In this document: positions 49,957-59,323 of the stretch, piece after piece | Position numbering within the stretch: position 1 is the first letter of the stretch | Layout: each line of letters starts with the position of its first letter | From: Minisyncoccota bacterium | GTDB lineage: Bacteria; Patescibacteriota; Minisyncoccia; UBA6257 | DNA length: 64,000 nucleotides | Direction: 5' to 3' | NCBI GenBank assembly: GCA_028694995.1 | Contig: JAQVJU010000001.1 | Span: forward strand, 173,318-237,317 | Program-made: the position numbers and the translations under genes | Notes under the pieces: generated by a model | Told to the model about the DNA's origin: nothing | Database searches by the model: none | What the model saw: only the letters and a program-made list of their open reading frames with translations

Positions 49957-51231
49957 ATGAAGAAAAAGAAAATAAAAAAGAATCAAAGAAAAAAAGAATT
50001 GAAAAGTATTCCAAAAAAAAGAAAAGTGTTAAAAACACAAAAGACATTGAAGACAAAGAAGTTACCAAAGGTAAAAAAAGTTTCAAAGAAAAAGACAAAG
50101 GTAAGAAGATTAAAGCCAAAACAAGAAAAATCAGATTCTTTAAGCAAAAGAGTAAATGTTAAAATTATTGGTGTTGGTGGCGCTGGAGGTAATGTTGTTT
50201 CTCGAATGAAAGATAAGAAAGTTTTTGGCGTAGAATTTACTGCCATTAATACAGATTATCAAGGATTGCAACATACCAAGGCAGATATTAAGATTCAAAT
50301 CGGCAAAGATGCTTGTCGGGGATTGGGTGCAGGCATGGATCCGACAAAAGGCAAAGAAGCAGCAGAAGAAAATTTGGAAGAAATCAATCAGATAGTTCAA
50401 GGCGCAGATATGATTTTCTTAACATGTGGGTTAGGCGGTGGCACAGGTTCTGGAGCAGCGCCAATAGTAGCTAATTTAGCAAAACAAACAGGAGCTTTGG
50501 TGGTTGGAGTAGTGACCAAACCTTTTGTTTTTGAAGGGGAGAAAAGAGCTGAAATTGCTGAAGAAGCCTGGCAAAAACTGTTTAATGAAGTTGATGCTTT
50601 AATTACCATTCCCAATGATAGGATTTTTAATATCATTAATGAAGAAACGCCAATCTTAGAAGCCTTTAGTAAGATTGATGATATCTTAAAACAAGGAGTT
50701 GAAGCTGTGGTTAATTTAATTTCTTATCCAGGTTTGATTAATTTAGATTTTGCTAATATCAGGACAACCTTGACTGAAACTGGAAGCGCTTTGTTAGGCA
50801 TTGGTGTTGCCAAAGGTCAAGACCGAGCTAAAAAAGCAGCAGAAATGGCTATCTCATCTCCTTTATTAGATATTACAATAGAAGGGGCCAGAAGGGTTTT
50901 GTTTAATGTGGCTGGGACAAAAGATATGTCTTTGGTGGAAATACACAATGCAGCGCGGGTAATTACTCAGTCAATAGCTAAAGACGCTCAAGTGATATTT
51001 GGTACTAGTTTTGACAATGAGCTTCGTCAAGGGGAGATAAAGGTTATTGTGGTTGCTGGAGGTTTTGGTGAAGAATTAAGAGATTTTAGACCAGTATTGC
51101 CTTTAGAAATAAAAGTTCCAATTAATAAAGAACAAGAAGAAAAAGCCAAGGAACAAGAACAACAAGAAGCAGAATTGGAAATCCCAGCTTTTCTTAGGAG
51201 AAAACAAAAAAAAGAAGAAGAGCAGTTATAA
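49957..51231 (+). CDS. ftsZ: Cell division GTPase FtsZ with an N-terminal lysine-rich extension of about 60 aa
   Basis: GVGGAGGN, the tubulin signature GGGTGSGAAP, and the T7 loop NLDFAN. The N-terminus is MKKKKIKKNQRKKELKSIPKKRKVLKTQKTLKTKKLPKVKKVSKKKTKVRR.... Confidence 0.95.
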   Translation: MKKKKIKKNQRKKELKSIPKKRKVLKTQKTLKTKKLPKVKKVSKKKTKVRRLKPKQEKSDSLSKRVNVKIIGVGGAGGNVVSRMKDKKVFGVEFTAINTDYQGLQHTKADIKIQIGKDACRGLGAGMDPTKGKEAAEENLEEINQIVQGADMIFLTCGLGGGTGSGAAPIVANLAKQTGALVVGVVTKPFVFEGEKRAEIAEEAWQKLFNEVDALITIPNDRIFNIINEETPILEAFSKIDDILKQGVEAVVNLISYPGLINLDFANIRTTLTETGSALLGIGVAKGQDRAKKAAEMAISSPLLDITIEGARRVLFNVAGTKDMSLVEIHNAARVITQSIAKDAQVIFGTSFDNELRQGEIKVIVVAGGFGEELRDFRPVLPLEIKVPINKEQEEKAKEQEQQEAELEIPAFLRRKQKKEEEQL

Positions 51232-51255
51232 GATTCAAAATTAATTATTTTAAGC

Positions 51256-53370
51256 ATGATCGCTCAAAAGAAAAAGTTTTATAATCGTCTAAAAGAAGTA
51301 AAAAAAAGAACAGGGGAGATAGTTCCTTTTGATAAAAAGAAAATTGAAGAGGTTATCTATAAGGCATTGACAGCAACTGGCGCTGGAGGAAAAACCTTGT
51401 CTCGGGAATTATCCACCCGGGTAATAAAAATTCTTAATCGAAGATTTAAAAATGGAGAAATTCCTTCAGTAGAAGAAATTCAAGATATTGTTGAAGAGGT
51501 TTTAATTTTAGAAAACTTAGTTGAAACTTCCAAAGCTTATATTTTATACCGTGACCAGAGAAGAGCTTTAAGAGAAAGTCGTATTGTCACTGATGAGGCT
51601 ATTAGTTTAGTAGATGAATATTTACAGGTTAATGATTGGGAGGTGAAAGAAAACAGCAATATGGCTTTTTCTTTGCAAGGATTGAATCATTATGTTTCAG
51701 CATATGTGGCTAAGAAATATTGGTTGAGAAAAATTTATCCAAAGGAAGTAAGAGAAGCAGTAGAAAGTGGGGATTTTCATATTCATAATTTAGATATTTT
51801 AGCTACTTATTGTTGTGGTTGGGATTTGTATGATTTGATGTTACAAGGATTTGGAGGTGTTTTTGGCAAAATTCAATCAAAACCACCAAAACATTTTGGC
51901 TCAGCCTTAGGCCAAATAGTTAATTTTTTCTATACGCTGCAAGGAGAAGGAGCAGGGGCTCAGGCTTTTTCTAATTTTGATACTTTATTAGCGCCTTTTA
52001 TTCGTTATGATAATTTGAATTATCAGGAAGTAAAACAGAATTTGCAAGAATTTCTTTTTAATTGCAATGTGCCAACTAGAGTGGGTTTTCAAACGCCTTT
52101 TGAAAATATTACCTTAGATCTAAAAGTACCAAGTCATTACAAAGATTTACCAGTTATTATAGGAGGTCAGCCGCAAAAAGAAACCTATAAAGAATTCCAG
52201 AAAGAAATGGATATTCTCAACCAAGCTTTTTGTGAGATTTATACAGAAGGTGATGCTAGTGGTAGAGTGTTCACCTTTCCAATTCCAACCTATAACATTA
52301 CCAAGGATTTTGAATGGGATAATCCAGCTTATGAAGGTATTTGGCAAATGACAGCTAAATATGGCATTCCTTACTTTTCTAATTTTATTAATTCTGATAT
52401 GAGTCCAGAAGATGCTAGGAGTATGTGTTGTCGGCTTCGTTTGGATAACAGAGAGCTTTATAAAAGAGGAGGTGGTTTGTTTGGCGCTAATCCTTTAACT
52501 GGAAGCATAGGCGTGGTTACTATTAATATGCCTCGTTTAGGTTATCTTTCTAAGACAAAAAAAGATTTTTTTGAAAGATTATTCCATTTAATGGATTTGG
52601 CTAGAGAAAGTTTGGAAATAAAAAGAAAGATTTTAGAAGATTGGACAGACAAAGGTCTTTATCCTTATGCTAAATATTATTTGAGCAATGTTCAAAAAAT
52701 GAGAGGCACTTATTGGGGAAACCATTTTTCTACCATTGGTTTAATAGGAATGAATGAATGTTTGTTGAATTTTCTTGGCATTGATATTGGTAATAAAAAA
52801 GGCATTAATTTTGCAGAAGAGGTTTTAGATAAAATGAGAGAAAGGTTGGTTAAGTATCAGGAAAAAACAGGAAATCTGTATAATTTAGAAGCGACTCCTG
52901 CTGAAGGAACATCTTATCGTCTTGCTTTAAAAGACAAGAAGAAATATCCTGACATTATTGCTGCTGGTGAACAAGAGCCTTATTATACAAATTCCACTCA
53001 ATTACCAGTAAATTATACTGATGATTTGTTTGAGGCTTTAAAACTACAAGATTCTTTACAAACTAAATATACTGGAGGCACTGTTTTTCATGCTTTTTTA
53101 GGTGAAGCAATATCTGATCCTGAAGCAGTAAAATCTTTGATAAAATTAGTTTTTGAAAAGTTTCATTTACCTTATTTCACCTTAACGCCTACTTTTTCTG
53201 TTTGTCCAGTTCATGGCTATATTGCTGGAGAACACTTTGTTTGTCCTCAATGTACAATTGAACAACCTTGCGAGGTTTATTCTAGAATTGTAGGATATTT
53301 AAGACCAGTACAGCAATGGCATAAAGGAAAACAAGAAGAATTTAAAGAAAGATCAACTTTCAATGTTTAA
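51256..53370 (+). CDS. nrdD: Anaerobic ribonucleoside-triphosphate reductase (class III)
   Basis: N-terminal ATP-cone, C-terminal zinc site CPVHGY...CPQC, and the glycyl-radical motif SRIVGYLRPV. Confidence 0.9.
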   Translation: MIAQKKKFYNRLKEVKKRTGEIVPFDKKKIEEVIYKALTATGAGGKTLSRELSTRVIKILNRRFKNGEIPSVEEIQDIVEEVLILENLVETSKAYILYRDQRRALRESRIVTDEAISLVDEYLQVNDWEVKENSNMAFSLQGLNHYVSAYVAKKYWLRKIYPKEVREAVESGDFHIHNLDILATYCCGWDLYDLMLQGFGGVFGKIQSKPPKHFGSALGQIVNFFYTLQGEGAGAQAFSNFDTLLAPFIRYDNLNYQEVKQNLQEFLFNCNVPTRVGFQTPFENITLDLKVPSHYKDLPVIIGGQPQKETYKEFQKEMDILNQAFCEIYTEGDASGRVFTFPIPTYNITKDFEWDNPAYEGIWQMTAKYGIPYFSNFINSDMSPEDARSMCCRLRLDNRELYKRGGGLFGANPLTGSIGVVTINMPRLGYLSKTKKDFFERLFHLMDLARESLEIKRKILEDWTDKGLYPYAKYYLSNVQKMRGTYWGNHFSTIGLIGMNECLLNFLGIDIGNKKGINFAEEVLDKMRERLVKYQEKTGNLYNLEATPAEGTSYRLALKDKKKYPDIIAAGEQEPYYTNSTQLPVNYTDDLFEALKLQDSLQTKYTGGTVFHAFLGEAISDPEAVKSLIKLVFEKFHLPYFTLTPTFSVCPVHGYIAGEHFVCPQCTIEQPCEVYSRIVGYLRPVQQWHKGKQEEFKERSTFNV

Positions 53371-53373
53371 GAT

Positions 53374-54069
53374 ATGATTTTTGGCGGTTTGCAAAAGACA
53401 ACCTTGGTGGATTATCCTGGAAAAGTCGCAGCAACTGTTTTTACTGCTGGTTGTAATTTTCGCTGTCCTTATTGTCATAATCCTGAATTAGTTTTACCAG
53501 CAATGATAGAAAAACAACCAAAAATTACTGAGAAAGAAATTCTTGATTTTTTAAAAGAACGCTCAGGTTTTTTAGAAGGATTATGTATTACTGGTGGAGA
53601 ACCAACCATTCATTCTGATTTGATAGATTTTATTCAAAAAGTAAAAGATTTGGGTTTATTAGTAAAATTAGACACTAATGGTTCTTTACCCAAGGTTTTA
53701 GAGAACTTATTAAAAAGTAAATTGATTGATTGGGTGGCTATGGATATTAAAGCTCCAAAGGAAAAGTATGAGCTTTTTACTCAAGGACAAATCAAAGCCG
53801 AAACAATAGATCAAAGCATAAAGATAATAAAGAAAAGTAAAATTGATTATGAATTTAGAACAACCTTAGCTCCGGAAATTTTGACAGAGAAAGATATCCT
53901 AGATATTGTTGATTGGATAAAGCCAGCTAATCGTTATTATCTTCAACAATTTAAAAATGAAAAAACTTTAGATGATAATTTTTTAAATTTTCACAGCTGG
54001 CCTCAAGAACAAGCCGAGGCTTTAATTGTAAAAATAAAACCATTTTTTTCTGAATGTAATTTACGGTAA
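53374..54069 (+). CDS. nrdG: Anaerobic ribonucleotide reductase activating protein (radical SAM)
   Basis: CNFRCPYCHN radical-SAM cluster motif; it follows nrdD directly. Confidence 0.85.
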   Translation: MIFGGLQKTTLVDYPGKVAATVFTAGCNFRCPYCHNPELVLPAMIEKQPKITEKEILDFLKERSGFLEGLCITGGEPTIHSDLIDFIQKVKDLGLLVKLDTNGSLPKVLENLLKSKLIDWVAMDIKAPKEKYELFTQGQIKAETIDQSIKIIKKSKIDYEFRTTLAPEILTEKDILDIVDWIKPANRYYLQQFKNEKTLDDNFLNFHSWPQEQAEALIVKIKPFFSECNLR

Positions 54070-54071
54070 AA

Positions 54072-55508
54072 ATGACGCTCTCTCTTTCAAGTCTTTTCCG
54101 TGAAAGTGGGGCGTCTTTTTTAATAGGAATAGTTTTATCTCATTTGGGTTTGTCTTTAGGGGTAAGTTTTATTCTTTGGCTATTTGTTTATATCTTGGTT
54201 TTTAATAATCAAAGATTTTCTTTAATTGGTTTTAAAAAGAAAATATTGATTTGTTTTTTTATCTTTTTAAGTTTTTTTATGGGGTTTTGGCGGGAAAGCA
54301 GTTTTTCAGATAAATTAAACAAGTCAGCTATTAAAAAAACCCAGGAAATAGAGATAGAAGCTATGATTGTTGCTGAGCCAGTTTTAAAAGATGATTATCA
54401 GAGGATAATTATTCCTAATGTGGTTATTTATACTCAAACAATCCCTCATTTTCAATTTGGAGATATTATTCGTATTAAAGGCAAGATTCAACCTTTGGAA
54501 GATTTCTTTTCTTATAGTTCAAATATTGTTTCTGGGAAATTAAGTTATCCAAAGATAGAATTAATTTCTTCAAGAAAATTATCTTTTAAAGGATTGGCAA
54601 TTACTTTTAAAAACAAATTGATTCAATGTTTGCAAAAAGTTATTCCAGAACCACAATCAGGTCTTTTGAGTGGTATTATTTTTGGTAGTAAACAAAGTTT
54701 AACTGATTCTTTAGAAAAAGATATTCGGAAAACGGGTTTATCTCATTTTATAGTTACTTCAGGTTTACATCTGTCTATCTTTGTTAAAATACTTTCAGGT
54801 TTATTAAATGTTTTTAGTTTTGGTAATTTTCTAAATTTTATCTGCTCTAATTTGTTTTTACTGAGCTTTGCTTTTATGGTTGGATTAACGCCTTCGATTA
54901 TTCGAGCAGCAATAATGGCCTTTTTATTAACCTTATCTCATTTTAGTTTTCGTGTTTATAATTCTCTTAATGCTTTGCTTTTAGCGGGATTGGTAATGAT
55001 TTGGTTAAAACCTTTTCTTTTGTTTTATGATTTGGGTTTTCAACTTTCTTTTTTAGCTACCGCAGGCATTTTGTTATTTTATCCAATTTGGGATCAGAGT
55101 TGTTTTTGGCAAAAGAGTTTTTTTAATAATCAAGCAGGGCAAATATTCAAGCAAACAATTCTTTCTTGTTTTGCAGCGTCATTTTTAGTTATCCCTTGGT
55201 TGATTTTTAAAACACAAAATGTTTCTTTAGTGGCTCCTTTGGTTAATGTTTTAGTTATTCCTCTGGCTCCTTTAGTATTGGGTGGAGGTGTGTTAACAGC
55301 TATTTTATCTTTATTAATTCATCCTTTGGGATTGTTTTTAGGGTTTTGGCTTAATATTGTTTTGGTTTATTTTATAAAAGTAATTACTTGTTTTGCTAGC
55401 TTGTCTTGGGCAGAAATTTCTCTTCCTTATATTTTACGTTGGTTAATATTACCTTATTATTTTTTAGTGTTTTTGTATTGTCGTAAAAAAAAATTAATAA
55501 AAACATGA
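54072..55508 (+). CDS. comEC: ComEC/Rec2 DNA-internalisation channel (OB-fold DUF4131 plus competence domain) with no fused beta-lactamase domain
   Basis: Polytopic membrane protein with a DUF4131-like segment (IIIPNVVIYTQTIPHFQFGDIIRIKGKIQP) and competence-domain motifs (GLSHFIVTSGLHLSIF). Confidence 0.8.
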   Translation: MTLSLSSLFRESGASFLIGIVLSHLGLSLGVSFILWLFVYILVFNNQRFSLIGFKKKILICFFIFLSFFMGFWRESSFSDKLNKSAIKKTQEIEIEAMIVAEPVLKDDYQRIIIPNVVIYTQTIPHFQFGDIIRIKGKIQPLEDFFSYSSNIVSGKLSYPKIELISSRKLSFKGLAITFKNKLIQCLQKVIPEPQSGLLSGIIFGSKQSLTDSLEKDIRKTGLSHFIVTSGLHLSIFVKILSGLLNVFSFGNFLNFICSNLFLLSFAFMVGLTPSIIRAAIMAFLLTLSHFSFRVYNSLNALLLAGLVMIWLKPFLLFYDLGFQLSFLATAGILLFYPIWDQSCFWQKSFFNNQAGQIFKQTILSCFAASFLVIPWLIFKTQNVSLVAPLVNVLVIPLAPLVLGGGVLTAILSLLIHPLGLFLGFWLNIVLVYFIKVITCFASLSWAEISLPYILRWLILPYYFLVFLYCRKKKLIKT

Positions 55509-56332
55509 ATAAATCAATAAAATATTTTTTAATAATTCTGATTAGCGCTAATTTGTTTAATTTTTGGATTATTAGTGAAATTTTTTACTTAAAAGAGGAA
55601 AAGGTGAGTTTTCTTGATGTGGGTCAAGGTGATGCAGAGTTGATTCAATCATTGGCAGGTAATATTTTAATTGATGCAGGGCCAAGTTCTAAGATTGTCA
55701 CTGCTTTAGGTGAGGTTTTTCCTTTTTTTGACCAGGTAATAGATTTATTTATTCTGTCTCATCCTGAAAAGGATCATTTTTATGGCATGCTTGAATTGTT
55801 AGATAGATACAAAGTGAGGGCGGTAATGTTGAATAATGTTTTTCATAATAATTCACAATATCAAAAACTTCTCCAAGAACTTTATAAAAGGAATATTTTG
55901 GTGATTCAGGGTTTTCAAGGCATAAAAGTTAGCTTAGGTGAAAATTATTTACAGATTATTTACCCAGAAACAATGGTTTCTTCAGCCCAAAATCCTAATG
56001 ATTTTTGTTTAGTAGCTTATCTTAATTTGAATCAAAACAGTTTTTTGTTTACTGGAGATATTGGTAGTCAGCAAGAGCAAAAGTTAATACCTTTTCTTGA
56101 AAAGAATAAGCAAGGAATTAGAGTTTTAAAAGTTGCTCATCATGGTTCTCGTTTTTCTTCTTCTAAAGAATTTCTTAAAGCCTTTGAACCAAATTATGCA
56201 GTGATAGAAGTTGGTAAGAATAGTTATGGCCATCCTCATCCTGAAGTTTTAGAAAGATTAGAGCAAATAGGGGCTAAGATTTTACGAACAGATTTAGAAG
56301 GCACGATTCGGTTAAAATTAGATAGGCTATAA
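55505..56332 (+). CDS. Metallo-beta-lactamase-fold protein corresponding to the ComEC C-terminal domain, with its own N-terminal TM anchor
   Basis: FLDVGQGDAELIQ, HPEKDHFYG and VAHHGSRFSS. There is an ATGA overlap with the upstream comEC core. Confidence 0.75.
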   Translation: MNKSIKYFLIILISANLFNFWIISEIFYLKEEKVSFLDVGQGDAELIQSLAGNILIDAGPSSKIVTALGEVFPFFDQVIDLFILSHPEKDHFYGMLELLDRYKVRAVMLNNVFHNNSQYQKLLQELYKRNILVIQGFQGIKVSLGENYLQIIYPETMVSSAQNPNDFCLVAYLNLNQNSFLFTGDIGSQQEQKLIPFLEKNKQGIRVLKVAHHGSRFSSSKEFLKAFEPNYAVIEVGKNSYGHPHPEVLERLEQIGAKILRTDLEGTIRLKLDRL

Positions 56333-56398
56333 CAAGAGTTGCTTTATTAGGTTATTTGTTATAAAATAAAAACAAAATTAATAACTTAATTTAAAAAT

Positions 56399-57820
56399 AT
56401 GGCTAGAATTTGGATAAAAGAAACTCCCAAATATCTTAATGAAGAGATACAAATTTATGGTTGGGTTGATTCTCGTCGTGACCATGGTCAGATTATTTTT
56501 ATTGATTTGCGAGACAAGACAGGAAAAATACAGGTAGTTTTTTCTCCAGAAAAAAAAGAAATTTATAAATTGGCAGAAAAATTAAGAGCAGAATGGGTTA
56601 TTGAGATTAAAGGAAAAGTTAATTCTCGACCTGAGAATATGCAAAATCCCAAGATTGCAACTGGGAAAATAGAAATTGAAGCAGAAGAATTAAAAGTTAT
56701 TAGTGAAGCTGATGCCTTACCTTTTGAAATTTCTGATGTTAAAACTGTAAATGAAGAAACACGCTTAAAATACAGGTATTTGGATTTGCGTTCTCAGCGT
56801 CTAAGAGATAATTTAATCAATCGTCATTTGATAATAAAATTCATTAGGGATTTTCTTTCAGCTAGGGATTTTATAGAAATAGAAACACCAATTTTGACAA
56901 AATCAACTCCAGAAGGTGCTCGGGACTATGTGGTTCCTTCTCGTTTAGAGCCAGGAAAATTCTATGCTTTGCCTCAAAGTCCACAACAATACAAGCAATT
57001 ATTAATGGTTTCTGGGATTGAAAGATATTTTCAAATTGCCCGTTGTTTTAGAGATGAAGATACTCGAGGGGATCGACAACCAGAATTTACTCAGTTAGAT
57101 TTGGAAATGGATTTTCCTACCCAAGAAGATATTCTTCAATTAATTGAACAGCTTTTTAAAGAATTGGTTGCAAAGATTTATCCTAATAAGAAAATCAAAG
57201 AATTTCCTTTTCCTAGGATTACTTATCAAGAAGCAATGGATAAATATCAGAGTGATAGGCCAGATTTAAGGGAAGCTGATTCTAAAGGAGAAAAAGATCC
57301 TGATGAGTTAGCTTTTGCCTTTGTGGTTAATTTTCCTCTTTTTGAATGGAAAAAAGAAGATAAAAGATGGGGGGCAGTTCATCATCCATTTACCAAACCA
57401 AAGATAGAGCCAGGAGAAACTATAGAGCAGGCTGTTCAAAGAATCAAAAAAGATCCCCAATTACCTTTGGCTGACCAATATGACTGCGTATTAAATGGTA
57501 ATGAAATAGGTGGTGGCTCAATTAGAATCTCAGAACCTGAATTATTAGAAGCAATTTTTCAAATTTTAGGCCATCAGCCTGAAGAAATTTCTATGAAATT
57601 TGGTCATCTCTTAAAAGCTTTTAGATATGGCACGCCTCCACATGGTGGGATTGCAATGGGCTTGGACAGAATTGTAATGTTGCTTCAGGATGAACCTAGT
57701 ATTCGGGAAGTAATTGCTTTTCCAAAAACAGGCGATGGTAGAGATTTAATGATGGAAGCGCCTTCATTAATCGATGAAAAGCAGTTAAAAGAGCTTCATC
57801 TCAAAACTTTAAATCCTTAA
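56399..57820 (+). CDS. aspS: Aspartyl-tRNA synthetase, short archaeal/eukaryal-type (no GAD insertion)
   Basis: OB-fold anticodon-binding N-terminus and class II motifs (FRDEDTRGDRQPEFTQLDLEM, GLDR). At 473 aa it is far shorter than the bacterial-type enzyme of about 590 aa. Confidence 0.9.
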   Translation: MARIWIKETPKYLNEEIQIYGWVDSRRDHGQIIFIDLRDKTGKIQVVFSPEKKEIYKLAEKLRAEWVIEIKGKVNSRPENMQNPKIATGKIEIEAEELKVISEADALPFEISDVKTVNEETRLKYRYLDLRSQRLRDNLINRHLIIKFIRDFLSARDFIEIETPILTKSTPEGARDYVVPSRLEPGKFYALPQSPQQYKQLLMVSGIERYFQIARCFRDEDTRGDRQPEFTQLDLEMDFPTQEDILQLIEQLFKELVAKIYPNKKIKEFPFPRITYQEAMDKYQSDRPDLREADSKGEKDPDELAFAFVVNFPLFEWKKEDKRWGAVHHPFTKPKIEPGETIEQAVQRIKKDPQLPLADQYDCVLNGNEIGGGSIRISEPELLEAIFQILGHQPEEISMKFGHLLKAFRYGTPPHGGIAMGLDRIVMLLQDEPSIREVIAFPKTGDGRDLMMEAPSLIDEKQLKELHLKTLNP

Positions 57821-57843
57821 TTCTTTGTGCTATAATACTTACT

Positions 57844-57978
57844 GGGTCTTGTCAGATTAAGGAATGAATCAGGACGTGGATTATCTTAAGGGAGTTCAGT
57901 ATTCTTTGTCCTGCGGGATAAAGGCGCGAACACCCACTTGATACTAGGCTGATTCGACCTTAAGTTCAGACAGGACCC
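57844..57978 (+). ncRNA. Candidate structured RNA or rpmB 5' leader (about 135 nt) closed by a long terminal helix; family unassigned
   Basis: The extended -10 TGCTATAAT at 57828-57836 places the transcription start near 57844. The 5' GGGTCTTGTC...TTAAGG pairs with the 3' CCTTAA...GACAGGACCC (10 bp plus 6 bp). The island is GC-rich with no ORF. CAGGAC/GTCCTG and AATCAG/CTGATT pairings suggest alternative folds. Confidence 0.3.
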
Positions 57979-58003
57979 TCTATTTAACTTTAATTTATAT
58001 ATT

Positions 58004-58198
58004 ATGCCTCGAACTTGTGGAATTTGCGGAAAAACATATCAAAAAGCAAAACGTTATCGAAAAATACGTTCTGTTTTTAATCCTGTAGCTCGTCATCGTC
58101 AACATCCTAATTTACAATGGTTTAAAATGCCTGATGGGAAAAGAATGTTAATTTGCACAAGTTGTCGCAAGCGCTTGGTAAAAGATATTTCTTCATAA
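58004..58198 (+). CDS. rpmB: 50S ribosomal protein L28
   Basis: MPRTCGICGK..., PNLQ and CTSCRKR zinc ribbon. Confidence 0.85.
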   Translation: MPRTCGICGKTYQKAKRYRKIRSVFNPVARHRQHPNLQWFKMPDGKRMLICTSCRKRLVKDISS

Positions 58199-58216
58199 TA
58201 TTTAAGATTGTATTAA

Positions 58217-58819
58217 ATGTCTTTTAAAAATGAACAAACCCTTGTCTTAATCAAACCTGATGGAATTCAGCGAAGTTTAATTGGAGAAATTATTTCTCGG
58301 TATGAAAAAACTGGTTTAAAATTAATTGGCTTGAAGTTTGTTTTACCAACACGGGATTTAATAGAAAAACATTATTTGGTAGATCCTGAATGGAAAATTA
58401 AAGTAGGTAAGAAATCCATTCAAGCCTATAAAGAAAAAAATTTAAAACCCCCACATAGTGAAGCAGAAAAAGTTGGGGGATTAATATTAGAAAGATTAAA
58501 GAATTATCTTTCATGTGGACCAGTAGTGGCCATGGTTTGGCAAGGAATGAATGCAGTAGGCGTGGTTAGAAAAATTACTGGTCAGACTGAGCCTTTGGTT
58601 TCTGATGTGGGCACTATTCGAGGAGATTTTACACTTGATTCTAGCGCGATTGCTGATATTGATGATCGGGCAGTTAGGAATTTAGTGCATGCTTCAGGTA
58701 CTGATTCAGAGGCGCAAAAGGAAATTTCTCTTTGGTTTGATCCAGAAGAATTAATTCAATACAAATTAGTTGGAGAATCTATTTTGTATGATGTTAATTT
58801 AGATGGCATTTTAGAATAA
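58217..58819 (+). CDS. ndk: Nucleoside diphosphate kinase with internal insertions (200 aa)
   Basis: LVLIKPDGIQRSLIGEIISRYE, GPVVAMVWQG, TIRGDF and the active-site NLVHASGTDSEA (His). Confidence 0.8.
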   Translation: MSFKNEQTLVLIKPDGIQRSLIGEIISRYEKTGLKLIGLKFVLPTRDLIEKHYLVDPEWKIKVGKKSIQAYKEKNLKPPHSEAEKVGGLILERLKNYLSCGPVVAMVWQGMNAVGVVRKITGQTEPLVSDVGTIRGDFTLDSSAIADIDDRAVRNLVHASGTDSEAQKEISLWFDPEELIQYKLVGESILYDVNLDGILE

Positions 58820-58827
58820 ATTTTGAT

Positions 58828-58900
58828 CGGGGCATGGTGTAATGGCTAACATACACGCATGGGGTGCGTGTGACTCTGGGTTCGAGTCCCAGTGCCCCGA
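58828..58900 (+). tRNA. tRNA-Pro (anticodon GGG)
   Basis: My manual cloverleaf gives a 7-bp acceptor stem CGGGGCA/TGCCCCG with the bacterial tRNA-Pro C1-G72 pair, D-loop AATGGCTA, anticodon stem CACGC/GCGTG, loop A-U-GGG-G-U with G37, and a T-arm CTGGG-TTCGAGT-CCCAG. No CCA is encoded. Confidence 0.9.
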
Positions 58901-58908
58901 CAGAATAC

Positions 58909-59316
58909 ATGAAATTTTTTATAGAAACAAAGGGGCTTAGTGACTTTGTTAATATAACAGAAAAGGTAAAAGAACAGATAGAAAACTCTAATATTGAAAA
59001 TGGGGCAGTTTTGATTTTTGTTTTAGGTACAACTGCAGCAATAACAATTATGGAAGATGAGTCAGGTGTTTTTGCAGACTTAAAAGATATTTTAGAAAAG
59101 ATAGCCCCAGAAAAAGGAGATTATAAGCATCATTTAACAGGTATAGATAATAATGGCGCCGCCCATATTAAATCTGCTCTTTTAAAACCAGACATATTAA
59201 TTCCTTTAGAAAAAGGAAAATTATGTTTAGGTACTTGGCAACAAATCATTTTAATAGATTTTGATGAAAAGCCAAGAACTAGAGAAGTGTTAATAAAAGT
59301 TTTAAAAACTGAATAA
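58909..59316 (+). CDS. yjbQ: YjbQ-family protein (UPF0047, secondary thiamin-phosphate synthase-like)
   Basis: ITIMEDESGVF...HHLTGIDNNGAAHIKSALLKPDILIPLEKGKLCLGTWQQIILIDFDEKPRTREV. I moved the start to MKFFIE so that it does not overlap tRNA-Pro. Confidence 0.75.
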   Translation: MKFFIETKGLSDFVNITEKVKEQIENSNIENGAVLIFVLGTTAAITIMEDESGVFADLKDILEKIAPEKGDYKHHLTGIDNNGAAHIKSALLKPDILIPLEKGKLCLGTWQQIILIDFDEKPRTREVLIKVLKTE

Positions 59317-59323
59317 AATACAA

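Noticed and set aside
58864-58908. N-terminal extension of the YjbQ ORF (MRVTLGSSPSAPTEY...)
   Set aside because: The extension lies inside tRNA-Pro(GGG) (58828-58900). The conserved YjbQ sequence begins at MKFFIE (58909).
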